DNA of 18,512 nucleotides, taken from the NCBI GenBank assembly GCA_046318155.1, contig JBKCUU010000124.1, positions 1 to 18,512 on the forward strand, written 5' to 3'. The first letter of the stretch is position 1; every line of letters starts with the position of its first letter. This DNA is from Bdellovibrio sp. (GTDB lineage Bacteria; Bdellovibrionota; Bdellovibrionia; Bdellovibrionales; Bdellovibrionaceae). Below, in pieces: positions 15,109-18,512 of this stretch. Under the pieces are notes generated by a model, which saw nothing but the letters and a program-made list of their open reading frames with translations, made no database searches and was not told the origin of the DNA. The position numbers were made by a program, and so were the translations under genes.

Positions 15109-15309
15109 AGGGGACCACCTTTCAGTTACGTACAACATGTTGCTGCCTTCCAGTCGTGGCCCCCGCCTGGATGTCAGACCCTTTCGGGACTAACGTCTCA
15201 CCTTGGAACGCAGCGTCAACAGGTGCAGTTATATGAAGAAATGACACTCTATGCAAGGAAAAAAATGCAGCGCATTATGAATTTTCTGCCCGAAGATCGA
15301 GGCTTCTGA

Positions 15310-16230
15310 GTGATGACTCTTCCCCAAGTCATAGCTAAGTACCTGAAATTCCTTGAGTCGGTCGAGCAGTCCTCCCCCCACACTCTGAGGGCCTATAAAA
15401 ATGACCTCTCCCAGGTTTTTGGGTCCGCTGGAGCCCCAAAACCCCCCGCCCTCAACTCATCGACGGCCCCCGATTGGCTCCTGAAGCAAGCGAGAGCGGC
15501 CCAACGAGCCTGGGGTGAACTGTCTTTGGCCACCCGAAACCGCAAGATCGCGACGCTCAAAAGCTTCTTCAATTACTTAAAGCGAGAAAAAATCGTCCAA
15601 GAAGACTTGGCCCTAAAACTCGCAAGCCCGCGGGTGCCGAAAAAGCTTCCGCACTTCTTGTCTGCCGATGAGGCCATTGCCGTTCTTAAAATTCTTGAGC
15701 ACGAGACTCAATCCGAGCCCGGCAAGGCGTTCGATTTATTGTTGTTCCTTCTTCTCTACGGCGCGGGGTTGCGCGTGAGCGAGGCCTGCGATTTAAAGTG
15801 GTCGCAAATCGCCAGCGATGGGCACACGGCCACCGTTTTGGGAAAAGGCGGTAAAGAGCGAGTCATCGCGTTTCCAAAAAGCTTGGCGCCGCTCTTAAAA
15901 AAGCGCGGCGGCCGATTGGTCTCAGCTCCTGGCGACTCGATCTGGGGCAGCAAACCACTGAACACGCGCACCGCTTATGAGATGATTCGTCAGGCTGGTG
16001 CTCGCGCAGGGCTGATGAAGACCCTGCACCCGCATGCGCTTCGTCATTCGTTTGCGACTCACTTACTTCAGAGCGGAGCGAACCTGCGCACGCTGCAAGA
16101 GCTCTTGGGTCACGCCAGCCTGCAAGCAACCGAGAAATACACCCATCTGGGTCTTCAAGAACTCGCAAGAACAATGGAGAAACATCATCCTCTTGGCGTC
16201 ACCAAACATCAGGTCAAAAGAAAGAAATAG
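15310..16230 (+). CDS. xerC: Tyrosine recombinase XerC/XerD family
   Basis: SPHTLRAY..DL, RKIATLKSFFNYL, LYGAGLRVSE, GKGGKER, HPHALRHSFATHLL..GANLRTLQELLGH and TEKYTH (R-K-H-R-H-Y catalytic set). XerC rather than XerD is a judgement call; the start is GTG 15310 or ATG 15313. Confidence 0.88.
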   Translation: MMTLPQVIAKYLKFLESVEQSSPHTLRAYKNDLSQVFGSAGAPKPPALNSSTAPDWLLKQARAAQRAWGELSLATRNRKIATLKSFFNYLKREKIVQEDLALKLASPRVPKKLPHFLSADEAIAVLKILEHETQSEPGKAFDLLLFLLLYGAGLRVSEACDLKWSQIASDGHTATVLGKGGKERVIAFPKSLAPLLKKRGGRLVSAPGDSIWGSKPLNTRTAYEMIRQAGARAGLMKTLHPHALRHSFATHLLQSGANLRTLQELLGHASLQATEKYTHLGLQELARTMEKHHPLGVTKHQVKRKK

Positions 16231-16359
16231 ATCAAAGCCCACACCGAAGCAGTTCCAAGCCCATGGGGTCTCACTTAGAGGCACATGTTGAAAAGTCTCA
16301 CCCTCAGACAAACTCACGCGAAATTCATTGATCTTTCTCAAGCTGGCACAATCTTCATT

Positions 16360-16387
16360 TCAAGATTGATCTGCCGAGCGCCGAAGA
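16360..16387 (+). promoter_or_regulatory. Candidate sigma28 (FliA) promoter
   Basis: TCAAG-N15-GCCGAAGA, 27 nt upstream of the start, with the same geometry as the 9436 site. Confidence 0.55.
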
Positions 16388-16414
16388 GTCATTCAGTCAG
16401 CTAAAGGAGCCCTC

Positions 16415-17446
16415 ATGAACACGTTTTTCATAACCCTTATTTTCGGCTTTGCGACATCTCTGCCCGCCTTAGCACAAGATGCCAACGGGGTGATGATGGT
16501 GGTCAAAGGTGACATCAAAGTCACATCAGGAAAAGATGGCAAAACCGAGCCAGGCAAAGTGGGCCGCAAAGTTTTCTCGGGCGACTCGATCCTTGCGGGC
16601 GTCGATTCTCGAGCGAAGATCGTCATGTCAGATCGCAACATTTTGAATGTTTCTCCAGAATCAAAAATCACGATCGAGAAGTACACGAACGATGCCAAGA
16701 CCGATTCAAAGAATGTCGAAATCAAAGTTGAGTACGGTAAAGTTCGTGCGCAAATCGAGCAAAAGTACGATGGCGACAAGAACAAGTTCAACATCAAAAC
16801 ACCGACAGCTGTTGCCGGTGTTCGCGGAACCGATTTCATCACGGGGTTTAACCGAGCAACTCGCGAAACATCGATCGTCACGTTCTCAGGGATGGTTGCG
16901 GTGGGGACCGCGGGACCCAATGGCCAAATTCAAAACGCAGTCTTTGTCCGGCCCGGTCAGACGACCAATGTGGGCGAAGGACGAGCTCCCGAGGCCCCTC
17001 GAGCCATGCCTAAAGACGAGCTCAATCAGATGAACCAAGATTCTGCCAATGCGTCTTCGCCTCAAGCTGGGGAGCAAGCGGCGGCTCCTGCCCCTGCAGC
17101 TCAAGAGCCTCAACAAGAAGAACCAAAACAAGACCCTGTTCAGCAAACCGCAGCACCCGCGGCTGGATCATCAGCTGGGAACTCAGACAACGCTCCAGCC
17201 CCAGGACCTAACGCGGCGGGACCGGGTCCCAAAAAAGCTCCCGAGACTCGAGTGCCCGCTTCAATATCGCCGAGCATGGGTCCCATCGTCATGGACTCCG
17301 CAGCTCTGCCTCAAGGCCAAGGTCCTAGAATTCCGAAAATGCCGGTGACGATGCCGTCAGTCACAGTGCCCACCACAAATCCGTTTGTGAACGAAGTGGT
17401 TCGTAATGGCGGCAAGTCCAAGGTCACAATCGAAATTCGTAAGTAA
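16415..17446 (+). CDS. Secreted FecR-domain protein with Pro/Ala/Gln-rich disordered C-terminal region
   Basis: SD AAGGAG, signal peptide (ALA/QD), and VKGDI, GDSI.AG.DSRAKI and FNIKTPTAVAGVRGTDF, all typical of FecR beta domains. Confidence 0.88.
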   Translation: MNTFFITLIFGFATSLPALAQDANGVMMVVKGDIKVTSGKDGKTEPGKVGRKVFSGDSILAGVDSRAKIVMSDRNILNVSPESKITIEKYTNDAKTDSKNVEIKVEYGKVRAQIEQKYDGDKNKFNIKTPTAVAGVRGTDFITGFNRATRETSIVTFSGMVAVGTAGPNGQIQNAVFVRPGQTTNVGEGRAPEAPRAMPKDELNQMNQDSANASSPQAGEQAAAPAPAAQEPQQEEPKQDPVQQTAAPAAGSSAGNSDNAPAPGPNAAGPGPKKAPETRVPASISPSMGPIVMDSAALPQGQGPRIPKMPVTMPSVTVPTTNPFVNEVVRNGGKSKVTIEIRK

Positions 17447-17458
17447 AATCGATTTCTT

Positions 17459-17484
17459 CGCTTCCCTCTCGGGAAGCGGATTTC
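17459..17484 (+). terminator. Hairpin between FecR and TPR genes (weak terminator or stabiliser)
   Basis: CGCTTCCC-TCTC-GGGAAGCG with a poor U tract; a TATAAT follows at 17485-17490. Confidence 0.5.
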
Positions 17485-17528
17485 TATAATAATCACAGTC
17501 GAAGCTTTCCATCTATGAGGAGCCGCCT

Positions 17529-18512
17529 GTGTTTCGTGTTGTCGCAACGATTGCTATTTTCTTTTCTCTCGCTTCAAGCGCCCAAGAAGATGCCCGCAAA
17601 CTAAAGCTCGATGGAAGAAAACCCATCCGACTTGAGTACCTTGCTCCTGGCTGGAACAAAGATGCACAGAAGGTTGATGTCTCGGCCATCGTGATTCGCG
17701 ACTCACTCAGCGGACGACTGGCCAAAGTTGAAATGAGCGAGACCGGTTCAAACACGTCGCAATTCACTGGCACCTATCAAATCAACTTCCAAGCCGAAGA
17801 AAATGCGTCAAGCGAGTTCACCCCCGAGGTTTATTTAGCACCCTTGGCCGTGATTCAAGCGGACCAACAGTTGGTTCGGGTCGCGATTTTGATTAAAGAA
17901 GGGACTCTCCTTCGTAAACCCTACTTTTTGCGCATTGAGCGTGGGAACCAAACTATTTCGGTGTTTGATAGTCGATCCCAGGCTCTCGAAGCGTACCAAA
18001 CATTTTTGAAATCGACGTCTGGCAAGCCCCTTGTTGATCCGGCCGCGTTCGCTGCCCAGCGATTGGCACAAAAAAGTCTCGAAGAGACGAACCGACTCGA
18101 GCAAGCTCAAGCTTCTGCCAATGCCAGGATCGTAATCGAAGAAGACGAAAGAAAACGCCAAGAACAACTTCGTCTACGTGAAGCTCAGCTGAGTGCCGAA
18201 GAAAAGCAAAGCCGCAAAGCCAAGGCCTCGGGACTTGCCGCTGAAGCTCTGACTTTGTTTCAACAGAACGATACCAAAGGCGCTGAAGAAAAATTCAACC
18301 AAGCCATCGAGTTAGATCCTGAGAATACGAGCTATGCCTTTCAGTACGGAGTGACCCTGTACCGAAATGACAAATACAACCGGGCTGTCGTTTTGCTTGA
18401 TTTAGCTAAAGGTGAAAACGTCAATGCCAACGAACGAGACTACTACAAAGCCCTCTCTCACATGAAGTTGAAAGAGTACGAAGTCGGTTACAAAGTCTTT
18501 ACTGATCTGAAG
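17529..18512 (+). CDS. Secreted tetratricopeptide-repeat protein (3' end beyond window)
   Basis: GTG 17529 with GAGGAG SD; 328 open codons to the window edge. Signal peptide MFRVVATIAIFFSLASSA/QE, a charged coiled coil, then TPR motifs (AEEKFNQAIELDPENTSYAFQYGVTLY). Not in the ORF track. Confidence 0.88.
   Translation, partial: MFRVVATIAIFFSLASSAQEDARKLKLDGRKPIRLEYLAPGWNKDAQKVDVSAIVIRDSLSGRLAKVEMSETGSNTSQFTGTYQINFQAEENASSEFTPEVYLAPLAVIQADQQLVRVAILIKEGTLLRKPYFLRIERGNQTISVFDSRSQALEAYQTFLKSTSGKPLVDPAAFAAQRLAQKSLEETNRLEQAQASANARIVIEEDERKRQEQLRLREAQLSAEEKQSRKAKASGLAAEALTLFQQNDTKGAEEKFNQAIELDPENTSYAFQYGVTLYRNDKYNRAVVLLDLAKGENVNANERDYYKALSHMKLKEYEVGYKVFTDLK

Noticed and set aside
15310..16230. Tyrosine recombinase considered as a prophage or island integrase
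   Set aside because: Size and motifs are XerC-like with no arm-binding domain, and no tRNA, att repeats or phage genes are nearby.
16343..16359. CTGGCACAATCTTCATT as a sigma54 promoter
   Set aside because: The -24 TGGCAC is good but there is no GC at -12; the neighbouring FliA-like motif fits better.

Overview
Chromosomal window, most likely from a Bdellovibrio-like predatory bacterium (Bdellovibrionota). This is inferred from the short 277-aa flagellin, the many secreted or lipoprotein orphans, a CE4 deacetylase lipoprotein and FliA-type promoters. Recognisable genes are rpsA, msrP and msrQ (divergent, not an operon), fliC, a sigma54 activator with no sensor domain, xerC, a trypsin-like protease, a CE4 polysaccharide deacetylase, a FecR-domain protein and a TPR protein cut by the window edge. 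Two genes missing from the ORF track were read by hand: an HNH endonuclease (<1..866, minus) and the TPR protein (17529..>18512, plus). The most unusual signals: (1) a closed multi-hairpin leader of about 185 nt that masks the RBS of the HNH gene, next to 7-bp and 13-bp tandem repeats; (2) a long, heavily structured, GGA-rich flagellin leader with a 5-codon uORF; (3) a charge-balanced protein with an H1-like lysine block and an acidic block; (4) a nested palindromic element of 120-175 nt upstream of that gene; (5) a 5'-truncated HUH/Y1 transposase among palindromes; (6) a terminator-like hairpin covering the RBS of a three-gene deacetylase/protease cluster. No CRISPR array, tRNA or rRNA was found. 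All folds were paired by eye and no database searches were run.
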